54,427 nt of DNA from Burkholderiales bacterium (GCA_040507665.1 JBEVOI010000249.1:1-54427), one strand, 5' to 3'. Positions 43,103-53,539 are shown, counted from the first letter of the stretch. Notes: generated by a model not told the origin, from the letters alone. A program made the numbers and translations.

Positions 43103-43177
43103 TAGGTATATTTAGCGCCCGTTTCAATTGACGACGCCTGCCGCGCGGCGACTGGTACCGTCACACCTTCTCCCCTG

Positions 43178-44137
43178 ATGTCCGAACCCGCTCCCCCGCT
43201 TACCCTGGACGCACGCGCGCTTTCGCGCAGCTTTGCCGGTCGCTCGGCGGTTCGGGACGTGGAACTGAAGGTGAGCCGTGGCGAGGTGCTCGGTTTCCTC
43301 GGCCCAAACGGCGCCGGCAAGACCACGACGATGCAGATGCTCACCGGGAACCTGAGCCCGGGATCCGGCAGCATATCGATCTGCGGGGTTGACCTTCTTG
43401 AGCGGCCGGTCGAGGCCAAGCGCCACGTGGGCTATCTGCCCGAGACACCCCCGCTTTACAAGGAGCTCCGGGTCGACGAATACCTCGCACTCGCTGCGCG
43501 CTTGCACCGGGTGGCGAAGAAGAGCGTGCCGGGGGCGGTAACGGCGGCCAAGGAACGCTGCGGTCTCGGCACAGTCGGCCGCCAGCTGATCGGCACCCTG
43601 TCCAAGGGCTACCAGCAGCGGGTCGGCATCGCGCAGGCAATCGTCCATGAGCCCGACCTCATCATCCTCGACGAGCCTACCGTGGGGCTCGACCCGAACC
43701 AGATCCGCGAGATCCGGGCGCTCATCCGCGAGCTCGGCAAGGGTCGCAGCGTGATTTTGTCGACCCACATCCTGCCTGAGGTCGAGAGCGTCTGCGACCG
43801 CGTTCACATCATGCACGAAGGCACTCTCGTCTACAGCGGCACCATCGACGGCCTGCGCGCTCTGCGTGGTGGGCGTGCCCTCCAGGTGGGGCTGCGCGAG
43901 CCGCCGCCGCTCGCCGAGCTGGCGGCGGTGCCGGGGGTCGGTAATGCCGAGGCCGCCGGCGCTTACCTGTTCCGCGTCGAACCGAACGATGGCGCCGACC
44001 CCGGCGAGGAGATCGTTCGACGCTCGGTGGAGAAAGGCTGGCGGCTCTTCCAGATCGGGCCGGCGCAGGCGAGTCTCGAAGAGATCTTCGCTCATCTCAC
44101 TCAGCGCGAAGAGGACAACGCCGAGGCGTCGAAGTGA
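43178..44137 (+). CDS. ABC transporter ATP-binding protein (ABC-2 subfamily, GldA/NatA-like)
   Basis: 319 aa. Walker A GPNGAGKTT, signature LSKGYQQR, Walker B IILDEPTVGLD, and a C-terminal extension. Confidence 0.94.
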   Translation: MSEPAPPLTLDARALSRSFAGRSAVRDVELKVSRGEVLGFLGPNGAGKTTTMQMLTGNLSPGSGSISICGVDLLERPVEAKRHVGYLPETPPLYKELRVDEYLALAARLHRVAKKSVPGAVTAAKERCGLGTVGRQLIGTLSKGYQQRVGIAQAIVHEPDLIILDEPTVGLDPNQIREIRALIRELGKGRSVILSTHILPEVESVCDRVHIMHEGTLVYSGTIDGLRALRGGRALQVGLREPPPLAELAAVPGVGNAEAAGAYLFRVEPNDGADPGEEIVRRSVEKGWRLFQIGPAQASLEEIFAHLTQREEDNAEASK

Positions 44138-44877
44138 TCTTCACGGTCGCGGCGAAGGAGCTGAAGAGCCTGTTCGCTTCCCCCCTCGCCTGGGTCGTGC
44201 TCGCATTTTTCCAGCTGATCCTCGCCTGGATCTTCCTCTCGCGGCTCGACGCTTTCCTCGCCATTCAGAGTCAGCTGGTCGCCCTGGCGAACCCGCCGGG
44301 CGCCACCGAGATCGTCGTAGCGCCCGTGTTCGCGATCGGCTCGATCGTTCTCGTGATGGCGGTTCCGCTGCTCGCCATGCGCCTAGTGGCGGAAGAGCGG
44401 CGCAACCAGACCATGACCTTCCTGCTGTCGGCGCCGATCTCGATGGCGGATGTCGTGGTCGGCAAGTTTCTCGGCTTGCTCGTGTTCCTGCTCATCCCGG
44501 TACTGCTGATCGGCGTCATGGGCGCGGCGCTCGCGGTCGGGGGCCGCCTCGACTGGGGGCTCGTCCTTTCGAACCTGATCGGACTCGCGCTGCTCGCGGC
44601 CGCACTCGCCGCGATCGGCCTCTACACATCCTGCCTGACGGCACACCCGGTGGTCGCAGCAGTGGCGGCGCTCGCGATCTCTCTCGCATTGTGGATGGTC
44701 AATCTCGCGACCTCCGATCCGGGAAGCGCGGTCAGTCTGGTCTCGCTGCTCAAGCACTTCGAGCCGTTCACCAAGGGCGTGGTGGACACGGCGAGCCTCG
44801 CCTACTTCGCGCTGTTGATCGGGCTTTTCCTCCTGCTCGCGATTCGGCGCCTCGACGCCGACCGGCTGCGCGGCTGA
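44134..44877 (+). CDS. ABC-2 type transporter permease (GldF-like)
   Basis: 247 aa, GTG start overlapping the ATPase stop (GTGA). Multiple TM helices. N-terminus AAKELKSLFASPLAWVVLAFF is typical of ABC-2 permeases. Confidence 0.88.
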   Translation: MIFTVAAKELKSLFASPLAWVVLAFFQLILAWIFLSRLDAFLAIQSQLVALANPPGATEIVVAPVFAIGSIVLVMAVPLLAMRLVAEERRNQTMTFLLSAPISMADVVVGKFLGLLVFLLIPVLLIGVMGAALAVGGRLDWGLVLSNLIGLALLAAALAAIGLYTSCLTAHPVVAAVAALAISLALWMVNLATSDPGSAVSLVSLLKHFEPFTKGVVDTASLAYFALLIGLFLLLAIRRLDADRLRG

Positions 44878-44888
44878 GGAACCTCAAT

Positions 44889-46241
44889 ATGGAAGCGGGC
44901 ACCCATTTGCGCAGACGTCTCCTCCTGCAGAACGGCGCCTTCGTCGTGCTGCTGGTCGCGGCAGCGCTGATGCTCGCGAAACTGGCCCAGGACTACCACC
45001 TGCAGTGGGACCTCACGCAAAACCGCCGGAACACCCTGTCCAAATCGACGGTTGACGTGCTCAGGCAGATGAAGGGACCGATCACCATCACGGCCTACGC
45101 CACCGAGCAGGATCCCCAACTCGGCGACATTCGCAAGATCATCCAGGACTTTGTCGAGCCCTACCGACGCGGCAAGGGCGACCTGACGCTCAAGTTCGTC
45201 GATCCGCGCGCCTACCCGAAGCTGGCGTCGGAGGCGAAGGTGCAGGTGAACGGCGAGCTAGTCATCGACTACGCAGGCCGCTCGGAACACCTCACTAACC
45301 TGAACGAGCAGGCTTTCACCAATCTGCTCATGCGACTTTCGCGCGGATCGGAGCGCATCGTCGCGCAGCTTGACGGCCACGGCGAGCGCCGCCTCTCGGG
45401 CAACGCGAACCACGACCTTGGCGACTTCGGCAAGCAGCTGCAAAGCAAGGGACTCAAGCTGGGCGCGGTGAACCTCGGCATCGCCCAGGGCGTGCCCGAC
45501 AACGCGGCGCTGCTCGTGATCGCGAGCCCACAGGTCGACCTTCTGCCGGGCGAAGTGGAAAAGGTGAAGCGTTACCTGGAGAAGGGCGGCAACCTGCTGT
45601 GGCTGATTGACCAGGAACCGCTGCACGGGCTGCAGCCGGTGGCGGAGTATCTCTCGCTTGTGCTCTCGCCTGGCACCGTGGTGGACCCCGCCGCGCTTCA
45701 GATGGGTCTGCCGCAGGCGAACGCGCTCGCAAGCAACTACGGCAACCACGCGATCGTCCGCGACTTTCCGCTGAACGCGGTATTCCCGTTCGCGCGCCAG
45801 ATCGGCGTCGTGGAGAGCAGGGAGTGGCGTGCGTTCCCGCTGGTGGAGGTCGCGCAGCGCGGCTGGATCGAGAGCGGTGACGCGACCGACTCGGCGACCT
45901 TCGACAAGTCCCGCGACTTCGCGGGACCGGTGACTATCGGCTATGCGCTCGAGCGCGCGATCGACGACCGCACGCAGCGCATCGTGGTGATCGGCACCGC
46001 CCACTTCCTCGCCAATAGCTACCTCGGTCTCCTCGGCAACCTGGATCTGGGTGTCAATATTGTGAACTGGCTTGTCGGCGACGACGATCTCATCACGATC
46101 CAGCCCCGCGCCACCCTGGACAGCAGCCTGAACCTCGGGCGCGTGAGCCTGTTCGTGATCGCGGCCGGATTCCTCGTCCTGCTGCCGCTGGCGTTTCTCG
46201 GCGCCGGCGCGGCCACGTGGTGGCGCCGCCGGCGGCTATGA
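44889..46241 (+). CDS. GldG-like ABC transporter auxiliary component
   Basis: Start at ATG 44889, 450 aa. N- and C-terminal TM anchors flank a large soluble domain. The track ORF (from 43866) is an alternate-frame extension across the two upstream genes. Confidence 0.82.
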   Translation: MEAGTHLRRRLLLQNGAFVVLLVAAALMLAKLAQDYHLQWDLTQNRRNTLSKSTVDVLRQMKGPITITAYATEQDPQLGDIRKIIQDFVEPYRRGKGDLTLKFVDPRAYPKLASEAKVQVNGELVIDYAGRSEHLTNLNEQAFTNLLMRLSRGSERIVAQLDGHGERRLSGNANHDLGDFGKQLQSKGLKLGAVNLGIAQGVPDNAALLVIASPQVDLLPGEVEKVKRYLEKGGNLLWLIDQEPLHGLQPVAEYLSLVLSPGTVVDPAALQMGLPQANALASNYGNHAIVRDFPLNAVFPFARQIGVVESREWRAFPLVEVAQRGWIESGDATDSATFDKSRDFAGPVTIGYALERAIDDRTQRIVVIGTAHFLANSYLGLLGNLDLGVNIVNWLVGDDDLITIQPRATLDSSLNLGRVSLFVIAAGFLVLLPLAFLGAGAATWWRRRRL

Positions 46242-47074
46242 GCCGCGCTGCGCACCTCAACATCGTCCTTGCGCTGCTGGTCGCCGGACTCGCGCTTTTC
46301 CTGTACCTGAGGCCTAAGCCTGGCGCTGTGCCGGAACTGGCGCTTTCGACGCTCGAGCCGGATCAAGTCACCCGGGTTCAGGTAGAGCGGGGCGGGGGAT
46401 CCATCGTCCTCGAGAAACACGACGGGCGATGGTACCTTTCCGAGCCGTACCGGGCGCGCGCGGATGAGTTTCGTACGAGGCAACTGCTCGAGCTCCTCAA
46501 CGTGAAGGCAAGCCGCAAGCTGCCCGCGACCGAGCTCGCCCGCTTCGACCTCGACCGACCGACGGCGCGGGTGGTGTTCGACCATCAGCCGATCAGCTTC
46601 GGCACCGTAAACGAGATGAGCAACGAACAGTACGTTGCGGCAGACGACGGGGTGTACCTCATTCCAGTGCGCCATGCTGCCGCGCTGCCGCTGGACGCCA
46701 AGGACCTGACCGGGCGTCAGCTGTTTGCCGCCGATGAAGAACCGGTCGAGTTAGCGGTCGGCCCGGTGACCATGTCACAGCAGGATGGGCGTTGGCGCCT
46801 CAGTCCCGAGACAGCAGGTCTGAGCCAGGACGATCTCAACCGTTGGGGCGATGAGTGGAAGGGGGCATCGAGCCTCCTTACGCAAAAGGCCGAGGGCGCC
46901 GCTGGCACCGAGACGATAACCGTGAAGCTGAAAAGCGGAAAGACGGTGCGGCTCGTGGTGCTGCAGCGGGAGCCAGAGCTCATATTGCTGAGAGAAGATG
47001 AGGGGTTGCAGTATCACTTCTCCGCAGCAGCGGGGAAGCGTTTGTTGACGGTGCCGTCAACCAGCGCGAAGTAG
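46238..47074 (+). CDS. DUF4340-like membrane-anchored protein
   Basis: Start at ATG 46238 (ATGA overlap), 278 aa. N-terminal TM helix NIVLALLVAGLALFLYL. Always-last position in GldG-type operons. The family call is from pattern memory only. Confidence 0.7.
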   Translation: MSRAAHLNIVLALLVAGLALFLYLRPKPGAVPELALSTLEPDQVTRVQVERGGGSIVLEKHDGRWYLSEPYRARADEFRTRQLLELLNVKASRKLPATELARFDLDRPTARVVFDHQPISFGTVNEMSNEQYVAADDGVYLIPVRHAAALPLDAKDLTGRQLFAADEEPVELAVGPVTMSQQDGRWRLSPETAGLSQDDLNRWGDEWKGASSLLTQKAEGAAGTETITVKLKSGKTVRLVVLQREPELILLREDEGLQYHFSAAAGKRLLTVPSTSAK

Positions 47075-47092
47075 CCGCACTCCCCGAAGGCG

Positions 47093-47908
47093 ATGCCGGA
47101 GTTACCGGAAGTCGAGACCGTTCGCAGCGGGCTCGCACCGCTCATTAGCGGGCACCGTATCGAGCAGGTCACCGTGCGTCATCGCGGCCTGCGGTGGCCG
47201 GTCGGACGAAGGCTGGAGCGACAACTGGAGGGACGTGGCATCCAAGGTGTCGGCCGCCGCGGAAAGTATCTGCTGATCTGCTGTGACCGAGGGACGCTGA
47301 TCGTTCACCTCGGCATGTCGGGCAGTCTGTGTGTGGTGTCCGCATCGATCCCCGCTGGAAAGCACGACCATCTCGATGTCACGCTCGACGACGGGCGTAT
47401 TCTCCGCTTCAACGATCCCCGGCGCTTCGGCAGCGTCCACTGGATTGAAGGCGATCCCCTTGCCCATCCTCTCCTCGCGCCGCTAGGGCTAGAGCCGCTC
47501 GCGCCGGACTTCGACGGCGACTGGCTCTACCGCGCGACGCGCAACCGCAAGGCGGCGATCAAGCACATCCTCATGGACAGCCACCTGCTTGCCGGCATCG
47601 GCAACATCTATGCGAACGAGGCGCTATTCCGGGCCGGCATCCACCCCGCCCGTTCCGCGCAGCGCGTGAGTCTCGCGCGTTATCGGCGACTCGCGGCAGC
47701 AGTCCGCGATACCTTGGAGAAAGCACTCGCCGCCGGTGGAAGCACGCTGCGGGACTTCGTGGACGCAACCGGGAAGCCCGGCTACTTTCAGCAGTACTAC
47801 GAGGTGTACGGAAGGGCTGGCGCGCCGTGCCGAGTGTGCGGCGCAGCGGTCAGGGCGATGCGGCAGGGACAGCGTTCGACGTTCTACTGCCCGCACTGCC
47901 AGCGGTGA
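47093..47908 (+). CDS. mutM: formamidopyrimidine-DNA glycosylase
   Basis: 271 aa. MPELPEVETV N-terminus, H2TH region, and a C-terminal zinc finger CRVCG...FYCPHCQ. Confidence 0.97.
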   Translation: MPELPEVETVRSGLAPLISGHRIEQVTVRHRGLRWPVGRRLERQLEGRGIQGVGRRGKYLLICCDRGTLIVHLGMSGSLCVVSASIPAGKHDHLDVTLDDGRILRFNDPRRFGSVHWIEGDPLAHPLLAPLGLEPLAPDFDGDWLYRATRNRKAAIKHILMDSHLLAGIGNIYANEALFRAGIHPARSAQRVSLARYRRLAAAVRDTLEKALAAGGSTLRDFVDATGKPGYFQQYYEVYGRAGAPCRVCGAAVRAMRQGQRSTFYCPHCQR

Positions 47909-48047
47909 CGGGAACCACTACGTAATGCCTCGTCTGGGTGGGATATACCAGGATGTCCGAGGCGTCGTGTACGAGGCTTCCGCAAATATGCTCCCCGTTA
48001 GCAGTACCTGAAGTGACTGCCCAAACCAGCCGTGAGGGCCGCGGACC

Positions 48048-49359
<1,312 letters not shown>

Positions 49360-49378
49360 CGCCAGGCAGCGCGCCGCT

Positions 49379-50725
49379 TCAGCGGTGCGCTTCGCTCGTT
49401 TTCGTTTCCGGAGCGCCCACCACCACCGTCACCAGCGCGTCCGGATTCACGCGCTTGCGAAACGCGGTCCTGACGTCCTCGACCGTCACCGCCTGCACTT
49501 TCCTGGGAAACTCGTTCAGGTAGTCGAGCGGCAGGTTGTAGAAGCCGATGAGGGCGAGATAGTCGTGAATCTTCTTGTTGCTGTCCACGCGCAGTGGAAA
49601 GCCGCCGACGATATTCTGCTTTGCCGCCTGCAACTCTTTCTCGGTCGGACCGTTCGCGATGAAATCCTTCAGGGTAACCCGAACGACCTCGAGGGCTTCC
49701 CCCGCCTGATCCTTCTTCGTCTGCAGACCGATCTGGAACGGTCCTTCGTAACGCATCGGGCTGAACGTACTGTACACACTGTAGGCGAGACCGCGCTTGC
49801 TGCGCACTTCTTCGGTAAAGCGCGACACGAAGCCGCCTCCTCCAAGAATGTAGTTGCCCACGAAGAGCGGGAAGTAGTCGGGATCGTCGCGGCGTATGCC
49901 CGGCGCGCCCATGAGGATATGACTCTGGGTCGCCGGATGGGTGATGCGGTTCTCCGACGCCTTGGTGAGGGGCACCACGTCGGGCAGCACAGCGCCGTCC
50001 TGTGCTTTCTGCAGGCCATCGGTGAGTCGGCGTGCGATTGCATCCGCCTGCTCGCGCGTGATGTCGCCCATGATCGCCACCACTGCCCGGTTGGACGTGT
50101 AGTGCGCGCGGTAGAAGTCGACGAGGGTTTCGCGGCTGATGGCGGATACGCTCACCGTGTTTCCGGAACTGGGCAGCGCGTACGGATGGTCGCCGTAGAG
50201 CATTGAGTAGAACGTCTTGGATGTAATGGTCTCGGGTTTCGTGTCCGCCTCCTTGAGACTCGAAATAGCGCGCGCCTTTTCCCGTTCGACCGCGGCCTGC
50301 GGGAACGACGGAGTCTGCAACACCTTTGCCAACACGTCGATTGCCGCGTCGCGTTCCCGCCCGCTCGACAGCGTACGCACGCCCACGCCCGCCCGGTCGA
50401 GATCGAAGCGTCCCGAGAACTGGGCGCCGACATCGGCGAGCTTCGTCGCGATCTCGTCTTCCGTCAGGCGGTCGGCGCCGAAGCGCAGCATGTACTGGGT
50501 GAGGCCGGCCGCCCCGGAGGTTGTCTTCGAGTCGAAAGACGAGCCGGCGGGAAAGTCCACGCTCACGTCGATCATCGGGAGGTCGTGGTTCTCGACGAAG
50601 TAGACGCGGGCGCCCAACGGTGTGGTCCAGGTCTGAATTGCCGGCAGCGCGAGGGCCGGGCCAGTGACGAGCGCGAGCAACAGCGCGAGCAAGAGCTTCG
50701 CATGAATGCGAGAACTATTCCGCAT
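49379..50725 (-). CDS. M16 family peptidase-like protein lacking the zinc motif (non-catalytic partner)
   Basis: 448 aa with a signal peptide and an M16 fold. The position equivalent to HxxEH reads GLTQYM. Confidence 0.85.
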   Translation of the reverse strand: MRNSSRIHAKLLLALLLALVTGPALALPAIQTWTTPLGARVYFVENHDLPMIDVSVDFPAGSSFDSKTTSGAAGLTQYMLRFGADRLTEDEIATKLADVGAQFSGRFDLDRAGVGVRTLSSGRERDAAIDVLAKVLQTPSFPQAAVEREKARAISSLKEADTKPETITSKTFYSMLYGDHPYALPSSGNTVSVSAISRETLVDFYRAHYTSNRAVVAIMGDITREQADAIARRLTDGLQKAQDGAVLPDVVPLTKASENRITHPATQSHILMGAPGIRRDDPDYFPLFVGNYILGGGGFVSRFTEEVRSKRGLAYSVYSTFSPMRYEGPFQIGLQTKKDQAGEALEVVRVTLKDFIANGPTEKELQAAKQNIVGGFPLRVDSNKKIHDYLALIGFYNLPLDYLNEFPRKVQAVTVEDVRTAFRKRVNPDALVTVVVGAPETKTSEAHR

Positions 50726-52217
50726 GTCGCACTCCCGCTACCTGGGGCACCCGCTTCTTGGCGTCGAGGGGTTGGGGGTCGAGCACTGCGACGGTCAGCG
50801 TGTCGTCTTTGAAGTATTTCTTCGCCACCTCCTGCACCTGGGCGGAGCTGACTTCCTTCAGCTTTTCCAATTGCACGTCGAGCGACTGGTGCGACAGTCC
50901 GATCGTCTCCAGCGTGCCGATCTGCATCGCCTGGTAGAACATTGAGTCGCGCTGATACACCTCCCCGGCGATCACTTGCGCCTTTACCCGTGCGAGCTCC
51001 TCCTCGCTGACTCCGTTCTCCGCAACGTTCCGGATCTCCTTGCGCAGCGCCGCCTCCAGTTCCTTCACCGTCCTGCCTTCCGAGGGCGTGCCCTCGACCA
51101 GGAACAGCGCCGGACCGCGCGCGACGCTCTCGTAGTTCGCCCCAGCGCTCGAGGCGATTCGTGATTCGCGTACCAGCGAGCGCTGCAGGCGCGCCGCTTC
51201 GTGCCCATCGAGGATGGCGTCGAGCACCTCGAGTGCGTAGGGTTCCCAGTCCTTGTCGACGTCGCGCAACTTGGGTACATGCCACGCCAGGACCACATGA
51301 GGCAGTTCCGCCGGCGCCTTCACCGTCAGGCGGCGTTCGCCCTTCTGCGCCGGTTCGTCCTGCGGCTTGCGCGCCGGCAGCGGCCGCGACCTGATACCGC
51401 CGAAGTATTGTTGCGCAAGCTTGAAGACCTCAGGCGCCTGCACGTCTCCGACCACGACGAGGGTCGCGTTGTTCGGCGCGTACCAGGCCTTGTACCAATC
51501 CCGCGCGTCCTCCGCCTTCATATTGTCCAGATCGTTCATCCAGCCGATCACCGGCGTCCGATAGGGATGGGCGTTGAAGGTGCTGGCCATCAATTCCTCG
51601 TACAGCGACGCGCGCGCCTTGTCGTCCGTGCGCAGCCGGCGCTCTTCCATTACCACCTTGATCTCCTTCGCGAACTCCTCGTCCGTGAGATTCAGGTTGG
51701 CCATTCGATCGGCCTCGAGCTTGAACATGAGCTCCAGTTCCGATTTCTGCACCTGTTGGAAGTAGGCGGTGTAATCCCGGTTCGTGAAGGCATTGTCGCG
51801 GCCGCCGGCGGCAGCCACCTGTCTGTTGAACTCGCCTGCCGGGACATTCTTCGTACCCTTGAACATCATGTGCTCGAGCACGTGCGCAACGCCCGTCTTT
51901 CCGTTTACCTCGTCCATGCTGCCCGCGCGGTACCAGACCATGGATACGACGACCGGTGCCCGGCTGTCCTCCTTCACGATCACGCGCAGCCCGTTCGCGA
52001 GTGTCGTCTCGCTCGTCTTGGAGAAGGCGGGGGCGCCTGTGAAGAGCAGCAACATTCCGGAAACGAGCGTGACCAGGCGGAACCTGCAAGCAGCAAAGCG
52101 TTGGGACAAGCGATGACTCCTCGGGATAGGGATGGCGGGCCTGGGCGCTGGCGCGCCGGTTGTTTGGCCCGGGGGCGCCATTCCGACTAGAATTGCGCCC
52201 TGCTTTTCACGAAGCAC
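50715..52217 (-). CDS. M16 family zinc peptidase (pitrilysin-like)
   Basis: Inverted zinc motif HVLEH in GVAHVLEHMMFKGT. The true start is probably downstream of 52217. A TTG at 52109 gives (M)SQRFAACRFRLVTLVSGMLLLFTGAPAFS; another candidate is the ATG at 52181. Confidence 0.88.
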   Translation of the reverse strand: MLREKQGAILVGMAPPGQTTGAPAPRPAIPIPRSHRLSQRFAACRFRLVTLVSGMLLLFTGAPAFSKTSETTLANGLRVIVKEDSRAPVVVSMVWYRAGSMDEVNGKTGVAHVLEHMMFKGTKNVPAGEFNRQVAAAGGRDNAFTNRDYTAYFQQVQKSELELMFKLEADRMANLNLTDEEFAKEIKVVMEERRLRTDDKARASLYEELMASTFNAHPYRTPVIGWMNDLDNMKAEDARDWYKAWYAPNNATLVVVGDVQAPEVFKLAQQYFGGIRSRPLPARKPQDEPAQKGERRLTVKAPAELPHVVLAWHVPKLRDVDKDWEPYALEVLDAILDGHEAARLQRSLVRESRIASSAGANYESVARGPALFLVEGTPSEGRTVKELEAALRKEIRNVAENGVSEEELARVKAQVIAGEVYQRDSMFYQAMQIGTLETIGLSHQSLDVQLEKLKEVSSAQVQEVAKKYFKDDTLTVAVLDPQPLDAKKRVPQVAGVRHAE

Positions 52218-52235
52218 ATTCTGACAGGCCCCCCC

Positions 52236-53171
52236 ATGCTAAGTTTCCTTAAGAGCGCGAAGGAAGGCTGGACTGCGCGCTTGAAGCAAGGCCTCGCCCG
52301 AACGCGGGAGCGACTCGGCCGCGAGCTCTCCGGTCTGTTCAGCCGCCATACCCGCGTTGATGAAGCGCTCTTCGAGGACCTCGAGTCGGTGCTCATCACG
52401 TGCGACGTCGGCGTGCCCGCCACGGAGCATCTGCTGAAGCAGGTTCGAGAGCGCGTGAAGCGGCAGAAGCTTACCGAGCCGGAACAGGTTCGGCAGGCGC
52501 TGAAAGCCGCGTTGCTCGAGTTGCTGCAGCCGCTGGCGGTTCCGGTCGACGTCAGCGCCGCCCGGCCTTTCGTGATCATGGTGGCCGGCGTGAATGGCAG
52601 CGGCAAGACCACATCCATTGGCAAGCTCGCAAAGCATTTCCAGAACGAAGGGCGTTCCGTAATGCTGGCCGCCGGCGACACCTTTCGCGCGGCCGCGCGC
52701 GAGCAGCTCAAGATCTGGGGCGAGCGCAACAATGTCGTTGTGATCTCGCAGGAGTCCGGCGATTCGGCAGCCGTGATCTTCGACGCGATCCAGTCCGCCA
52801 GGGCGCGCGGCATCGAGGTGCTGCTCGCGGATACCGCGGGGCGGCTTCCGACGCAGCTTCATCTCATGGAAGAGATTCGGAAGGTGAAGCGCGTGATCAG
52901 AAAGGTAATCCCCGAGGCGCCCCACGAGGTCCTGCTGGTGCTCGATGCGAATACGGGCCAGAATGCGGTCGCCCAGGTCAAGGCGTTCGACGACGCCCTC
53001 GGCGTCACCGGCATCGTGCTCACCAAGCTCGACGGCACTGCGAAGGGCGGCTGCATCGCGGCGATTGCCCGCCAGAAACCGATCCCGATCCGCTTCGTGG
53101 GCGTGGGCGAGCAGATCGATGATCTGCGTTCCTTCGACGCCGGGGATTTCGTGGATGCGCTGTTCGACTGA
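52236..53171 (+). CDS. ftsY: signal recognition particle receptor FtsY (short form, NG domain only)
   Basis: 311 aa. [21 protein letters not shown] and [10 protein letters not shown]. It has a short amphipathic N-terminus and no acidic A domain. Confidence 0.97.
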   Translation: MLSFLKSAKEGWTARLKQGLARTRERLGRELSGLFSRHTRVDEALFEDLESVLITCDVGVPATEHLLKQVRERVKRQKLTEPEQVRQALKAALLELLQPLAVPVDVSAARPFVIMVAGVNGSGKTTSIGKLAKHFQNEGRSVMLAAGDTFRAAAREQLKIWGERNNVVVISQESGDSAAVIFDAIQSARARGIEVLLADTAGRLPTQLHLMEEIRKVKRVIRKVIPEAPHEVLLVLDANTGQNAVAQVKAFDDALGVTGIVLTKLDGTAKGGCIAAIARQKPIPIRFVGVGEQIDDLRSFDAGDFVDALFD

Positions 53172-53468
53172 GACCCGTGAGAGTGCGGGGGTGCGGCCCA
53201 CGCCTCCCCCTTCCCAGTCGCAATTCGGCCTCGTATTACAGGGCCTGAGCTCGTTGGGCATTGTCGCCGGGAGTGTTCACTCACTTGGTCGAGGTGTGGC
53301 GGAGCTCAATACACTGTTCGGCTGGGGTTACGCTTCCGCGAACCGGGCCTGACGGAGGGCCGCCTTGCGATGCTCGCCTCCGCGGTGGTTCTCGGCTGGC
53401 TAGGAGTGGGGCTGTCAGCATCTTGCCGCTTCCGCACGCTGCGCCAGTGGGTCAAGCCTCTCGGCGGC

Positions 53469-53496
53469 GAAACTATCTGTTCATTTGGCACTCTGA
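53469..53496 (+). promoter_or_regulatory. candidate sigma-E (sigma-24)-type promoter for rpoH
   Basis: GAAACT (53469-53474), 17 nt, then TCTGA (53492-53496). This resembles the GGAACTT-N16-TCTGA class and lies 44 nt upstream of the rpoH ATG. Confidence 0.4.
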
Positions 53497-53539
53497 AATC
53501 CTGAGTGCTAAGATTCAATTTTTGGAGGTGATCTACTAG

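Noticed and set aside
43088-43103. CRP-like site (TGTGA at 43088-43092)
   Set aside because: The second half-site after a 6-nt spacer reads ATATT, not TCACA. The sequence is better described as the 7-4-7 palindrome ATATGTG/CACATAT.
43866-44888. Upstream extension of the GldG-like ORF (track ORF 43866-46241, 791 aa). Similar extensions exist for ftsI, murC, murB, ftsZ, argJ and ychF.
   Set aside because: The extensions read through the preceding genes in another frame. Internal ATGs coincide with canonical N-termini and with stop/start overlaps of the upstream genes.
47909-48047. Somewhat AT-richer convergent spacer between mutM and the ferredoxin gene as a possible sRNA or terminator locus
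   Set aside because: It has only weak inverted repeats (7-bp arms 38 nt apart; a 5-bp stem overlapping the ferredoxin stop) and no promoter-like or U-tract signals.
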